From Escherichia phage vB_EcoM_ECO78, in sequence record PP526941.1: 64,000 nucleotides of DNA. The stretch is one strand, 5' to 3'. The position numbers and the translations under genes were made by a program. Under the pieces are notes generated by a model. That model was not told the origin of the DNA. It searched no databases and saw only the letters and a list, made by a program, of their open reading frames with translations. Shown here piece after piece: positions 47,206-57,667 of this stretch. Position 1 is the first letter of the stretch. Each line of letters opens with the position of its first letter.

Positions 47206-47213
47206 TATTTATA
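47206..47213 (-). promoter_or_regulatory. late promoter TATAAATA (minus strand)
   Basis: Exact TATAAATA on the minus strand upstream of the 55-aa ORF. Confidence 0.5.
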
Positions 47214-47433
47214 TAACTCTCATATGCATATCAATGCCCATATCTTTAGAATAAAAATATTCATCAAGATATCCGGCAAATTTTCCTTTAACATAAAGTA
47301 CATCTTCACCGCATGGGTGGTCGGCCAGGATACGAATATCCTGACGCTTGAGATTATACTTTTTCATTAAGAATTGAATTTCCGTTTCGAATTCTTCTTC
47401 ATAATTAAAAGCATCATCAATGCTATATTTCAT
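47209..47433 (-). CDS. hypothetical protein, 74 aa (uvsY.-2-like position)
   Basis: ATG overlapping the uvsY stop (TAATG); contains HPCGEDVLY. Confidence 0.6.
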   Translation of the reverse strand: MKYSIDDAFNYEEEFETEIQFLMKKYNLKRQDIRILADHPCGEDVLYVKGKFAGYLDEYFYSKDMGIDMHMRVI

Positions 47434-47846
47434 TATTTTCCAGCCTCAAATGCTCGCATGTCTTGAATATGCTTAATAGCAAATCCGCGTGATTTAATAG
47501 CATCAAGAGCTCCGCTACAGAAATCCAATAAAATTCCCCAATATTGTAATGAAGTATCAACTTTTAAAACATCCTTATCAGCTGATAGAACTGTCTTCAT
47601 TTCTGATTTCTCATAACGGTCCATACTAAATTCATCACCATCTCCTCGTCCCGAGTAGTAGTCTAATCTAGCTTTAAGAGCAACTTTTTTCTGTGCGTCA
47701 ATTCTAAGCATTTCCTTTTTAATACTTGAATGCTTATTAAGCCATTTACTATATAACATCACATTATTAGCTGCTTCATACTGTAATTTAGTCGAATCTA
47801 TAAATACATCTTTCTTCAATTCTTCTTGAAGATCTTCTAATCTCAT
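47433..47846 (-). CDS. uvsY: UvsY, recombination mediator protein, 137 aa
   Basis: MRLEDLQEELKKDVFIDSTKLQYEAANNVMLYSKWL...; length as in T4. Confidence 0.93.
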   Translation of the reverse strand: MRLEDLQEELKKDVFIDSTKLQYEAANNVMLYSKWLNKHSSIKKEMLRIDAQKKVALKARLDYYSGRGDGDEFSMDRYEKSEMKTVLSADKDVLKVDTSLQYWGILLDFCSGALDAIKSRGFAIKHIQDMRAFEAGK

Positions 47847-47886
47847 ATTATTCTCTATTCAATTGTTATTGGATGGACTTAGATTC

Positions 47887-47914
47887 ATTATACCACGTTT
47901 TAACGTGAAGCATT
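47887..47914 (-). promoter_or_regulatory. middle (MotA-dependent) promoter for uvsY: MotA box aaTGCTTCA plus -10 TATAAT
   Basis: Minus strand ataaTGCTTCAcgttaaaacgtggTATAAT; MotA-box-like element about 13 nt upstream of the -10. Confidence 0.45.
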
Positions 47915-48311
47915 ATACCCTATTACTGGAAGCCAGTTGCAGTTTTATCTGCTCAATATCATCGGGGTTATCGATGACTGAAAAGCGTATTTCTACTATC
48001 AGAGTATAATCATCATAAACGGGTATCACATTAACTGATAATTTATCAATACGTGGCTCATAGTTTCTTACTGCGCTTTCGATGTTACGCTCAACCGTAT
48101 CAGCAGTAAGAGGAGTCATATTTTCAAAAAGCTGGTCTGATAAATCACATCCAAATTCAGGGTCAAACGGTCTTGAACCTTTTCTTGTTGTAATAATTCC
48201 CAAAAGACTGTTTTTAATTGACCTTAATCCAAGCGATCTGGAAACGTCTTTGTTCCAATCCATTTTCATTTCCGGGTCAATGTCAGAATAAAGCTTATTA
48301 ATATTTGACAT
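47913..48311 (-). CDS. 25: gp25, baseplate wedge (gpW/lysozyme-like), 132 aa
   Basis: Length and synteny as in T4. Confidence 0.9.
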   Translation of the reverse strand: MSNINKLYSDIDPEMKMDWNKDVSRSLGLRSIKNSLLGIITTRKGSRPFDPEFGCDLSDQLFENMTPLTADTVERNIESAVRNYEPRIDKLSVNVIPVYDDYTLIVEIRFSVIDNPDDIEQIKLQLASSNRV

Positions 48312-48937
48312 TATAGTAACTCAAAGAACTCTTTGAGGCCTCTTATTACGTGAGCATGGGTTTTTCCACACTCTGGACACTTAATTGGAACAGCCAAATA
48401 AACAGTAGGCTTTAAAAGCATATCTTTTATAGCTACAATATCTGACTCTGTGATGATAGAATATAAATCTTCCAGTTCTTTTTCATTTAAGTCTTCAACT
48501 GGAATGCTTTCCCCGTTAGCATGAATCGTTTCTATGCATGATACTATCATGTGGGCTATATTTTTATCATCAAAAATTTTAGGGTATCGGAATTTAATTT
48601 TAATGTCACCCAGTGTATACCAGAGGTCTTCTGGTGCATCTATTTGTGTATGTAATAGATTTATATGGGTTGGTATTTCAGTTCCACAGGTGCACTTCCA
48701 GGAGTTTTCGTGATTAACTTCGCCGAGAGAATGTGCCCATAAATGAATCAACAATAGTTCTGATTCTTGGCGGTTTAAATCTTTTGCATTTGTGCAGTCT
48801 TTGATTAGCTTTTTAACAATTACTTCTACAGAACCATTATTTTTGGCAGTAATAAGTTCTAGATATTCTTTAAGCGTGAATGCGCGACAATTGATTATTT
48901 TAGAACCAACTCTCACATCAAATTTGTATTCATACAT
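48311..48937 (-). CDS. 26: gp26, baseplate hub subunit, 208 aa
   Basis: Length and synteny as in T4; Cys-containing motifs CTCG and CPECG. Confidence 0.9.
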   Translation of the reverse strand: MYEYKFDVRVGSKIINCRAFTLKEYLELITAKNNGSVEVIVKKLIKDCTNAKDLNRQESELLLIHLWAHSLGEVNHENSWKCTCGTEIPTHINLLHTQIDAPEDLWYTLGDIKIKFRYPKIFDDKNIAHMIVSCIETIHANGESIPVEDLNEKELEDLYSIITESDIVAIKDMLLKPTVYLAVPIKCPECGKTHAHVIRGLKEFFELL

Positions 48938-48958
48938 ATTTAGCTCCTTTATTTATCA

Positions 48959-48966
48959 TATTTATA
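48959..48966 (-). promoter_or_regulatory. late promoter TATAAATA (minus strand) for genes 26-25
   Basis: Exact TATAAATA on the minus strand; overlaps the plus-strand late promoter by 4 bp. Confidence 0.55.
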
Positions 48967-48970
48967 AATA
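48963..48970 (+). promoter_or_regulatory. late promoter TATAAATA for gene 51
   Basis: Exact TATAAATA 17 nt upstream of the ATG at 48988. Confidence 0.55.
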
Positions 48971-48987
48971 GAATAAAAGGAGCATCT

Positions 48988-49737
48988 ATGGCAAACATTA
49001 TTCGTTGTAAATTACCAGATGGTGTTCATCGTTTTAAACCATTTACGGTAGAAGATTATCGAGATTTTTTGTTAGTTCGAAACGATATAGAACATCGGTC
49101 ACCACAAGAACAAAAAGAAATAATTACTGATTTAATTGATGATTATTTTGGAGACTATCCGAAGACTTGGCAACCATTTATATTTTTGCAGGTATTTGTA
49201 GGGTCAATAGGTAAAACTAAAGTACCGGTTACATTTGTATGTCCAAAATGTAAAAAAGAAAAGACAGTTCCATTTGAAATATACCAAAAAGAATTAAAGG
49301 AACCTGTTTTTGATGTAGCTAATGTTAAAATTAAATTAAAGTTTCCTTCTGAGTTTTATGAAAATAAAGCAAAGATGATTACTGAAAATATTCATTCTGT
49401 TCAAGTAGATGAAATATGGTATGATTGGAAGGAAATTAGTGAATCAAGCCAAATAGAACTTGTTGATGCTATCGAGATAGAAACATTAGAAAAAATTCTC
49501 GATGCAATGAATCCTATTAATTTAACTCTACATATGTCATGCTGCAATAAGTACATTAAAAAATACACTGATATAGTAGACGTGTTTAAGCTATTAGTTA
49601 ACCCAGATGAGATATTTACTTTTTATCAAATTAATCACACACTCGTAAAAAGTAATTATAGCTTAAATTCAATAATGAAAATGATTCCTGCTGAGCGCGG
49701 ATTCGTATTAAAACTGATTGAGAAGGATAAACAATAA
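48988..49737 (+). CDS. 51: gp51, baseplate hub assembly catalyst, 249 aa
   Basis: Length and synteny as in T4; Cys pairs CPKCKK and CCNKY. Confidence 0.9.
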   Translation: MANIIRCKLPDGVHRFKPFTVEDYRDFLLVRNDIEHRSPQEQKEIITDLIDDYFGDYPKTWQPFIFLQVFVGSIGKTKVPVTFVCPKCKKEKTVPFEIYQKELKEPVFDVANVKIKLKFPSEFYENKAKMITENIHSVQVDEIWYDWKEISESSQIELVDAIEIETLEKILDAMNPINLTLHMSCCNKYIKKYTDIVDVFKLLVNPDEIFTFYQINHTLVKSNYSLNSIMKMIPAERGFVLKLIEKDKQ

Positions 49738-50912
49738 TGAGTATGTTGCAACGCCCAGGATATCCAAATCTCAGCGTTAAATTATTTGATAGCTACGACG
49801 CTTGGAGTAATAATAGATTTGTTGAATTAGCTGCTACTATTACCACATTAACTATGCGGGATTCTCTTTATGGTCGAAATGAAGGAATGCTGCAGTTTTA
49901 TGATTCTAAAAACATCCATACAAAAATGGATGGAAATGAAATAATTCAGATTTCTGTAGCTAATGCAAATGATATTAATAATGTTAAAACACGAATTTAT
50001 GGATGTAAGCATTTTTCCGTGTCAGTAGATTCAAAAGGTGATAACATCATTGCTATTGAATTGGGAACTATTCATTCTATAGAAAACCTTAAATTTGGTA
50101 GGCCGTTTTTCCCTGATGCAGGTGAATCTATAAAGGAAATGCTTGGTGTCATTTATCAGGATCGCACGTTATTAACTCCAGCAATAAATGCTATAAATGC
50201 TTATGTTCCTGATATTCCATGGACTAGTACGTTTGAAAATTATTTGTCCTATGTAAGAGAAGTTGCTCTAGCTGTAGGAAGTGACAAATTTGTATTTGTG
50301 TGGCAAGACATCATGGGAGTTAACATGATGGACTATGATATGATGATAAATCAAGAACCGTATCCAATGATTGTCGGTGAGCCATCTTTAATAGGTCAAT
50401 TCATCCAAGAATTAAAATATCCATTAGCATATGATTTCGTTTGGTTGACTAAATCGAATCCTCATAAACGCGACCCAATGAAAAATGCTACTATCTATGC
50501 TCATTCATTTTTAGATTCTTCATTGCCAATGATTACTACAGGAAAGGGCGAAAACTCTATTGTGGTGTCAAGGTCAGGTGCTTATTCTGAAATGACTTAT
50601 AGGAATGGCTATGAAGAAGCTATTCGTCTTCAAACTATGGCACAATATGACGGCTATGCTAAATGTTCTACTGTCGGTAATTTTAACTTGACTCCTGGTG
50701 TTAAAATTATTTTTAATGATAGTAAAAACCAATTTAAAACAGAATTTTACGTTGATGAAGTTATCCATGAATTATCCAATAATAATTCAGTAACTCATCT
50801 ATATATGTTCACTAATGCAACGAAACTGGAAACAATAGACCCAGTTAAGGTTAAAAATGAATTTAAATCTGATACTACCACTGAAGAAAGTAGTTCTTCC
50901 AATAAGCAATAA
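49737..50912 (+). CDS. 27: gp27, baseplate hub subunit, 391 aa
   Basis: Length and synteny as in T4. Confidence 0.93.
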   Translation: MSMLQRPGYPNLSVKLFDSYDAWSNNRFVELAATITTLTMRDSLYGRNEGMLQFYDSKNIHTKMDGNEIIQISVANANDINNVKTRIYGCKHFSVSVDSKGDNIIAIELGTIHSIENLKFGRPFFPDAGESIKEMLGVIYQDRTLLTPAINAINAYVPDIPWTSTFENYLSYVREVALAVGSDKFVFVWQDIMGVNMMDYDMMINQEPYPMIVGEPSLIGQFIQELKYPLAYDFVWLTKSNPHKRDPMKNATIYAHSFLDSSLPMITTGKGENSIVVSRSGAYSEMTYRNGYEEAIRLQTMAQYDGYAKCSTVGNFNLTPGVKIIFNDSKNQFKTEFYVDEVIHELSNNNSVTHLYMFTNATKLETIDPVKVKNEFKSDTTTEESSSSNKQ

Positions 50913-51390
50913 AGAAGTTTCTATTCCTAAAATGGGTCTTAAACATTATAACATTTTAAAAGATGTTAAAGGTCCTGATGAAAATTTAAAACTTCTTATT
51001 GATTCTATTTGTCCGAATTTATCACCGGCAGAAGTTGATTTCGTTTCTATTCATTTATTGGAATTTAATGGAAAGATTAAATCTCGTAAAGAAATAGATG
51101 GTTATACTTATGACATTAATGATGTTTATGTGTGCCAAAGATTAGAATTTCAATACCAAGGAAATACATTTTATTTTAGACCTCCTGGAAAATTTGAACA
51201 ATTTTTAACGGTGAGCGATATGTTATCTAAATGCTTACTTAGGGTCAATGATGAAGTTAAAGAAATTAATTTTCTTGAGATGCCAGCATTCGTTTTAAAA
51301 TGGGCAAATGATATTTTTACAACTTTAGCAATTCCTGGCCCTAATGGTCCAATAACCGGAATTGGCAATATTATTGGATTATTTGAATGA
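50857..51390 (+). CDS. 28: gp28, baseplate hub distal subunit, 177 aa
   Basis: ATG at 50857; overlaps the gene 27 3' end by 56 nt in another frame. Confidence 0.88.
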   Translation: MNLNLILPLKKVVLPISNKEVSIPKMGLKHYNILKDVKGPDENLKLLIDSICPNLSPAEVDFVSIHLLEFNGKIKSRKEIDGYTYDINDVYVCQRLEFQYQGNTFYFRPPGKFEQFLTVSDMLSKCLLRVNDEVKEINFLEMPAFVLKWANDIFTTLAIPGPNGPITGIGNIIGLFE

Positions 51391-53159
51391 AAAAGCCACA
51401 AGAAATGCAAACGATGCGTAGAAAAGTTATTTCAGATAATAAACCAACACAGGAAGCGGCTAAATCCGCTTCCAACACTTTATCTGGACTTAACGATATA
51501 TCTACGAAATTGGATGATGCTCAAGCTGCTTCTGAATTAATTGCTCAAACTGTCGAAGAAAAATCGAATGAAATAATTGGAGCAATTGACAATGTAGAAA
51601 GCGCAGTGAGTGATACTACTGCCGGTTCTGAGTTAATTGCTGAAACTGTTGAAATTGGCAACAATATTAATAAAGAAATCGGTGAATCACTCGGGAGCAA
51701 ATTAGATAAATTAACAAGTTTACTAGAGCAAAAAATTCAGACAGCTGGAATTCAACAGACTGGAACTAGTTTAGCCACGGTTGAAAGCGCTATTCCTGTT
51801 AAAGTTGTTGAGGATGATACAGCCGAATCTGTGGGTCCTTTATTACCGGCCCCCGAAGCAGTTAATAATGATCCTGATGCTGATTTTTTCCCTACCCCTC
51901 AGCCAGTTGAGCCAAAGCAAGAATCACCAGAAGAAAAACAGAAAAAAGAAGCATTTAACTTAAAATTATCTCAAGCTTTAGATAAATTAACAAAGACAGT
52001 TGATTTTGGATTTAAGAAATCTATTTCAATTACTGATAAAATATCAAGCATGCTATTTAAGTACACCGTCAGTGCTGCTATTGAAGCTGCTAAAATGACT
52101 GCAATGATATTGGCTGTTGTTGTTGGAATAGACCTTTTGATGGTGCACTTTAAATACTGGTCAGGTAAATTTTCACAAGCCTGGGACTTGTTTAGTGCAA
52201 ACTTTACTAAATTCTCTAGCGAAACCGGAACATGGGGTCCTTTATTACAGAGCATCTTTGGTTCTATTGATAAAATTCAACAATTTTGGGAAAAGGGAGA
52301 TTGGGGCGGATTGACAGCAGCTATCATAGAAGGACTCGGAAGTGTTCTTTTTAATTTAGGAGAGCTTATTCAATTAGGTATGGCTAAATTATCTGCTGCA
52401 ATTCTTCGAGTCATTCCTGGCATGAAAGACACTGCTGATGAAGTAGAAGGAAGAGCACTGGAAAATTTCCAAAATACTACTGGAGCATCTCTCAATAAAG
52501 AAGACCAGGAAAAAGTTGCAAATTATCAGTACAAAAGAATGAATGGAGACCTTGGTCCAATAGCAAAAGGATTAGACAAAATTGCGAACTGGAAAACTCG
52601 TGCATCTAACTGGATTCGTGGTGTAGATAATAAAGAAGCACTAACAACTGATGAAGAGAGAGCAGAGGAAGAAGAAAAATTAAAGCAGCTTTCTCCAGAG
52701 GAAGCTAAAATTGCTTTAATGAAAGCTAATGAAGCTCGTGCTGCGATGAATCGTTTTGAAAAATATGCTGATTCAGCTGATATGAGTAAAGACTCAACGG
52801 TTAAATCTGTTGAATCTGCCTATGAAGACCTTAAAAAACGGATGGATGACCCGGATTTAAACAATTCACCGGCAGTTAAAAAAGAACTTGCTGCTAGATT
52901 TTCTAAAATTGATGCTACTTATCAAGAGCTCAAGAAAAATCAGCCTAATGCCAAACCTGAAACTTCTGCTAAATCGCCAGAAGCAAAACAAGTCCAGGTA
53001 ATAGAAAAGAACAAAGCACAGCAAGCTCCTGTTCAACAAGCATCTCCTTCGATCAATAATACTAATAATGTTGTTAAGAAAAATACTGTCGTTCATAATA
53101 TGACACCTGTCACAAGCACAACTGCTCCTGGTGTATTTGATGCGACTGGAGTTAATTAA
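51387..53159 (+). CDS. 29: gp29, tail tape-measure / baseplate hub protein, 590 aa
   Basis: Length and synteny as in T4. Confidence 0.93.
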   Translation: MKKPQEMQTMRRKVISDNKPTQEAAKSASNTLSGLNDISTKLDDAQAASELIAQTVEEKSNEIIGAIDNVESAVSDTTAGSELIAETVEIGNNINKEIGESLGSKLDKLTSLLEQKIQTAGIQQTGTSLATVESAIPVKVVEDDTAESVGPLLPAPEAVNNDPDADFFPTPQPVEPKQESPEEKQKKEAFNLKLSQALDKLTKTVDFGFKKSISITDKISSMLFKYTVSAAIEAAKMTAMILAVVVGIDLLMVHFKYWSGKFSQAWDLFSANFTKFSSETGTWGPLLQSIFGSIDKIQQFWEKGDWGGLTAAIIEGLGSVLFNLGELIQLGMAKLSAAILRVIPGMKDTADEVEGRALENFQNTTGASLNKEDQEKVANYQYKRMNGDLGPIAKGLDKIANWKTRASNWIRGVDNKEALTTDEERAEEEEKLKQLSPEEAKIALMKANEARAAMNRFEKYADSADMSKDSTVKSVESAYEDLKKRMDDPDLNNSPAVKKELAARFSKIDATYQELKKNQPNAKPETSAKSPEAKQVQVIEKNKAQQAPVQQASPSINNTNNVVKKNTVVHNMTPVTSTTAPGVFDATGVN

Positions 53160-53167
53160 GGAATAAT

Positions 53168-54262
53168 ATGGCAATTGTTAAAGAAATAACTACTGATTTA
53201 ATTAAAAAGTCCGGTGAGAAAATTTCAGCCGGACAGAGTACTAAATCAGAAGTAGGAACTAAAACATACACTGCCCAGTTTCCAACTGGGCGTGCTAGTG
53301 GTAATGACACTACAGGGGACTTCCAGGTAACAGATCTATATAAGAATGGATTATTATTTACTGCATACAATATGTCATCTAGGGATTCTGGAAGTCTTAG
53401 ATCAATGAGATCTAACTACTCTTCTTCATCTTCGAGTATTTTAAGTACAGCTAGAAACACTATTAGTAGTACAGTATCAAAACTATCAAATGGATTAATA
53501 TCAAATAATAATTCAGGAACAATAAGTAAAGCTCCTGTCGCAAACATTCTTTTACCGAGATCTAAATCTGATGTTGACACATCATCACATAGATTTAATG
53601 ATGTTCAAGAAAGCCTTATCAGCAGAGGCGGAGGTACTGCTACTGGTGTGCTAAGTAATATTGCTTCAACCGCAGTATTTGGGGCACTGGAAAGTATAAC
53701 ACAAGGTATAATGGCTGATAATAATGAGCAGATTTATACGACAGCCAGAAGTATGTACGGTGGTGCTGAAAATAGAACTAAAGTGTTTACATGGGATTTG
53801 ACTCCACGTTCAACAGAAGATTTAATGGCTATTATTAATATCTATCAGTATTTTAACTATTTTTCTTATGGTGAAACAGGTAAATCTCAATATGCTGCTG
53901 AAATAAAGGGGTATTTAGATGATTGGTATCGTTCTACATTAATTGAACCTTTATCTCCGGAAGACGCAGCTAAAAATAAAACACTATTTGAGAAAATGAC
54001 AGCAAGTTTAACGAACGTTCTTGTAGTTTCAAACCCGACAATTTGGATGGTGAAAAACTTTGGTGCAACATCTAAGTTTGATGGAAAAACGGAAATATTT
54101 GGTCCATGCCAAATACAGAGCATTAGATTTGATAAAACACCTAATGGTAACTTTAACGGATTAGCTATTGCTCCAAACCTCCCTAGTACATTTACTCTCG
54201 AGATTACTATGAGAGAAATTATCACGTTAAACCGTGCTTCTTTATATGCGGGGACTTTTTAA
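53168..54262 (+). CDS. 48: gp48, baseplate tail-tube cap, 364 aa
   Basis: Length and synteny as in T4. Confidence 0.93.
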   Translation: MAIVKEITTDLIKKSGEKISAGQSTKSEVGTKTYTAQFPTGRASGNDTTGDFQVTDLYKNGLLFTAYNMSSRDSGSLRSMRSNYSSSSSSILSTARNTISSTVSKLSNGLISNNNSGTISKAPVANILLPRSKSDVDTSSHRFNDVQESLISRGGGTATGVLSNIASTAVFGALESITQGIMADNNEQIYTTARSMYGGAENRTKVFTWDLTPRSTEDLMAIINIYQYFNYFSYGETGKSQYAAEIKGYLDDWYRSTLIEPLSPEDAAKNKTLFEKMTASLTNVLVVSNPTIWMVKNFGATSKFDGKTEIFGPCQIQSIRFDKTPNGNFNGLAIAPNLPSTFTLEITMREIITLNRASLYAGTF

Positions 54263-55227
54263 TGTATTCTTTAGAGGAATTTAATAATCAAGCAATAAAT
54301 GCAGATTTCCAACGTAATAATATGTTTAGCTGCGTTTTTGCAACAACTCCATCAACTAAAAGCTCTTCGTTGATAAGTTCAATTAGCAACTTTTCTTATA
54401 ATAACTTGGGCCTAAATTCAGATTGGTTAGGATTAACTCAAGGTGATATTAATCAGGGAATTACCACGCTAATTACAGCTGGCACACAAAAACTGATAAG
54501 AAAATCAGGGGTTAGTAAATATCTTATTGGTGCCATGAGTCAACGTACAGTTCAAAGTTTATTAGGCTCATTTACAGTTGGTACATATTTAATTGACTTC
54601 TTTAACATGGCATATAACTCATCTGGATTGATGATATACTCTGTAAAAATGCCAGAGAATAGATTATCCTATGAAACTGACTGGAACTATAATTCTCCTA
54701 ATATTCGTATAACTGGGAGAGAATTAGACCCTTTGGTTATTTCATTTAGAATGGATTCAGAAGCTTGTAACTATCGTGCAATGCAAGACTGGGTTAACTC
54801 TGTTCAAGACCCAGTAACTGGACTGCGTGCTTTGCCACAAGATGTCGAGGCAGATATTCAGGTTAATCTTCATTCTCGCAATGGATTACCTCATACTGCG
54901 GTGATGTTCACCGGATGCATTCCAATATCAGTGAGCGCTCCTGAGTTATCATATGATGGAGATAACCAAATAACTACATTTGATGTTACTTTTGCGTACA
55001 GAGTGATGCAGGCTGGAGCGGTTGATAGGCAAGCTGCGCTTGAATGGCTTGAATCTGCTGCTATAAATGGTATTCAAAGCGTTCTCGGAAATAGTGGAGG
55101 TGTTACTGGACTATCTAATTCGCTTTCACGACTTAGTAGATTAGGAGGAACTGCAGGAAGCATTTCAAACATTAACACTATGACAGGAATTGTCAATTCG
55201 CAGAGTAAAATATTAGGAGCAATATAA
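54262..55227 (+). CDS. 54: gp54, baseplate tail-tube initiator, 321 aa
   Basis: Length and synteny as in T4. Confidence 0.93.
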   Translation: MYSLEEFNNQAINADFQRNNMFSCVFATTPSTKSSSLISSISNFSYNNLGLNSDWLGLTQGDINQGITTLITAGTQKLIRKSGVSKYLIGAMSQRTVQSLLGSFTVGTYLIDFFNMAYNSSGLMIYSVKMPENRLSYETDWNYNSPNIRITGRELDPLVISFRMDSEACNYRAMQDWVNSVQDPVTGLRALPQDVEADIQVNLHSRNGLPHTAVMFTGCIPISVSAPELSYDGDNQITTFDVTFAYRVMQAGAVDRQAALEWLESAAINGIQSVLGNSGGVTGLSNSLSRLSRLGGTAGSISNINTMTGIVNSQSKILGAI

Positions 55228-55231
55228 CAAT

Positions 55232-55258
55232 GGGGACCTTTCGGTCCCCATATTTTTA
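55232..55258 (+). terminator. terminator after gene 54 (GGGGACC-TTTC-GGTCCCC plus U-run); also downstream of the convergent 96-aa gene
   Basis: Perfect 7-bp stem followed by ATATTTTTATTT. Confidence 0.6.
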
Positions 55259-55546
55259 TTTACGGAATGAAATGAAAGCAGCAACTGAAGCAACTAAACT
55301 GTCTTCAATATAAACTTCAATTTTTACCGGAGCTTCTGACTCAAATTTACCTGTTACTACACCCTGAAAAATACTTTCAGTCTGTTCTGGTTTTGAAAAA
55401 TTTTCAGAAGGAAAAATTCCGAACTTTTTATCTGTTCCAAAAATTTTGATAAATTCATCGTAAACTGCTTCATTAAAAGCATTATCAGCAGGAATAACGC
55501 CTTCAACTACAAGTTCTTGACCTAAAAAGCGTAAAGAAGATTTCAT
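55256..55546 (-). CDS. hypothetical protein, 96 aa (alt-downstream small gene)
   Basis: ATG with AGGAA RBS. Confidence 0.6.
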   Translation of the reverse strand: MKSSLRFLGQELVVEGVIPADNAFNEAVYDEFIKIFGTDKKFGIFPSENFSKPEQTESIFQGVVTGKFESEAPVKIEVYIEDSLVASVAAFISFRK

Positions 55547-55606
55547 TTTGTGTTCCTCATGTTATGTCAGTAAGACTACTATAACACAACACGAGGGACT
55601 TGTAAA

Positions 55607-57664
55607 CTACATTTTGAACTTTTTAGACATTCCGTTGATGTTAACCAAAGAAGCTAAGATTTGAGAAACTTCATTTTCCTCTTCTTTTGATTCTTCTACA
55701 AGGAATTGATTAAATCCAGCCATTGGACGAACTTCACCAGTTTCCATTAGATGGTCGCCATCATATACCGATTCCTCTAATTGTTCAGAAGGAGGAACGA
55801 TTGTACCTTCGATTAGATACTTGTTATAAGCAGTTTCTTTCATAAAGTACGTACTTACTTTATTAATCTTCAGTAAAATTCCACGTGGTAGAATAACTTC
55901 AGCTTCTGATGGAAATCCTGATAAATGACCTGGAACGATAACTTTGATTCGTTCAGCTCCTTTAATTACCATACCCACGCTAGTTTCAGCATCTTCATTA
56001 GCATATGTAGAATGACTACCCATATGCATCAAATCTTCTGCATCAACGGAACCTTCTCCTTCACCAGAAAATACTGCGCCGGAATCATCTAGAGCCATAT
56101 AGTTTTTACCATGCTCGCCGAAGATATTTGGTTTAAGTGATGTTGATACGAAGTTCTTGAAATAGAACATTTTATTTTCAATGTTATGACGCAAAGTTTT
56201 AAAGGTAACTTCTTGTCCGCGATAAAGCGTAGTTCCTGGAGGAAGAACTGATCCTTTGGCAAAGGCAGAATCAAGCGTCTCAATATGTTTAATAGCTCGT
56301 TCCATATATTCTTCACGGGTAGAATCTGGTTTACCCAAAAGGAACGAGTTCATTTCAACATATGAATCTGCACAATAATCTTCAATTACATCAGATTCAG
56401 CTTGAGTTAATCCTTTTGGAGTTACTTCAGTACTTGCATATTCATACGCCTGAGCGGCAGATTCATTAATCAATTTATAAATGCCATTCATTACAAATTG
56501 AATAATAGCTGTCTTTTCATCTGGCGTGGCTTTAGAACCTTTAACTAAATCATTAATAATTTTCTTAATAACATCAAAGCTATTAGAAATATTAATGTCA
56601 GCAAGATCGCTTAAAATTTTATCAGTTTTATAATCAAAGAATTCTTTATTCTTTAAATATTCTTGAGAACCTTGATATGTTATATCGCTCTGCAACTTGA
56701 TAGATGGATCACGTAAACGTGCATGGGCTAATGCAATATGATTTCGGAAGTTTTCTAGTTCATAATCGCTAGATTTAAAACGAGAAGCACTTCTCATACC
56801 ACCAATAGCTCCTTTGTTGAAGTTTGAACCAATCTGAATAACGCCAGAGTTCATCGGACCTTCTGCTTTATATACCGGAACCTTAGATTCAAACTCTTGA
56901 TATTTCTTAGCAGCGAAGCTATCACCCTGAAGTGAAGCATCAACAGTAGAATATTGAGCTTGTGCTGCTAATCGACGACTAATTTTAGTTTTCTGAATAA
57001 CAGCTTGATCAGTGCGCTTATCATTTTCTAAAGCAATAGAAGCAGCAACAGCGACAGCTTTAGGAACAGCATTACCTGTTTTAACGTCTACATAAACATC
57101 ACCAACCTTTGATTCAACTTTTGTGAATAACTCAGTTGAAATAGGAGGTACACCTGGAATGTCTTCTAAATTGGCATTTTTACGGTAAACCATAATATAT
57201 GCATACTTTTTATCATAGTCCCAGATTTCCTTTAAAAGAACATAACGACCTGCTCCTTTAGTACGTACTAAACGGTCAGCAATAACTTGCATTTGACGAG
57301 CTGCGCCATTTGTTTTACTTTTTAGTACGCGGAATAAGCATGCATCAATTTTATACTGTTTCATTGTTTGAAGAGCAGTATCAAAAACAGCATTAATGAC
57401 ACCAATTGGATTTCCACCCAAGTTTTTAAGCTTAACCAGCGATAGTTTCTCATTAACACCTATCATTACGATATGCATCATTTTATCGCCTGGCTTAACG
57501 TTTTTATTTGTATCACCGCCAGAGGTGTATGTACAAAATCTAAATCCAGGAAGCACGCTTTCTTCACCAGCTTGAATAGCAAAAATTTGAGGTATTTTAT
57601 GCTTAGGATTTAAGTTAACAACCGGCGCCGAAGCGCCGTCAAATAATTCTGTAATAAGTTCCAT
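55607..57664 (-). CDS. Alt-like ADP-ribosyltransferase paralog (arginine-specific ART motifs), 685 aa
   Basis: N-terminus MELITELFD... closely similar to the upstream Alt over about 240 aa; C-terminal half has YRGQ, FVSTSL and SEAEVILPRG (R-S-ExE) but is otherwise divergent; ATG 3 nt after the upstream stop. Confidence 0.8.
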   Translation of the reverse strand: MELITELFDGASAPVVNLNPKHKIPQIFAIQAGEESVLPGFRFCTYTSGGDTNKNVKPGDKMMHIVMIGVNEKLSLVKLKNLGGNPIGVINAVFDTALQTMKQYKIDACLFRVLKSKTNGAARQMQVIADRLVRTKGAGRYVLLKEIWDYDKKYAYIMVYRKNANLEDIPGVPPISTELFTKVESKVGDVYVDVKTGNAVPKAVAVAASIALENDKRTDQAVIQKTKISRRLAAQAQYSTVDASLQGDSFAAKKYQEFESKVPVYKAEGPMNSGVIQIGSNFNKGAIGGMRSASRFKSSDYELENFRNHIALAHARLRDPSIKLQSDITYQGSQEYLKNKEFFDYKTDKILSDLADINISNSFDVIKKIINDLVKGSKATPDEKTAIIQFVMNGIYKLINESAAQAYEYASTEVTPKGLTQAESDVIEDYCADSYVEMNSFLLGKPDSTREEYMERAIKHIETLDSAFAKGSVLPPGTTLYRGQEVTFKTLRHNIENKMFYFKNFVSTSLKPNIFGEHGKNYMALDDSGAVFSGEGEGSVDAEDLMHMGSHSTYANEDAETSVGMVIKGAERIKVIVPGHLSGFPSEAEVILPRGILLKINKVSTYFMKETAYNKYLIEGTIVPPSEQLEESVYDGDHLMETGEVRPMAGFNQFLVEESKEEENEVSQILASLVNINGMSKKFKM

Positions 57665-57667
57665 GAT

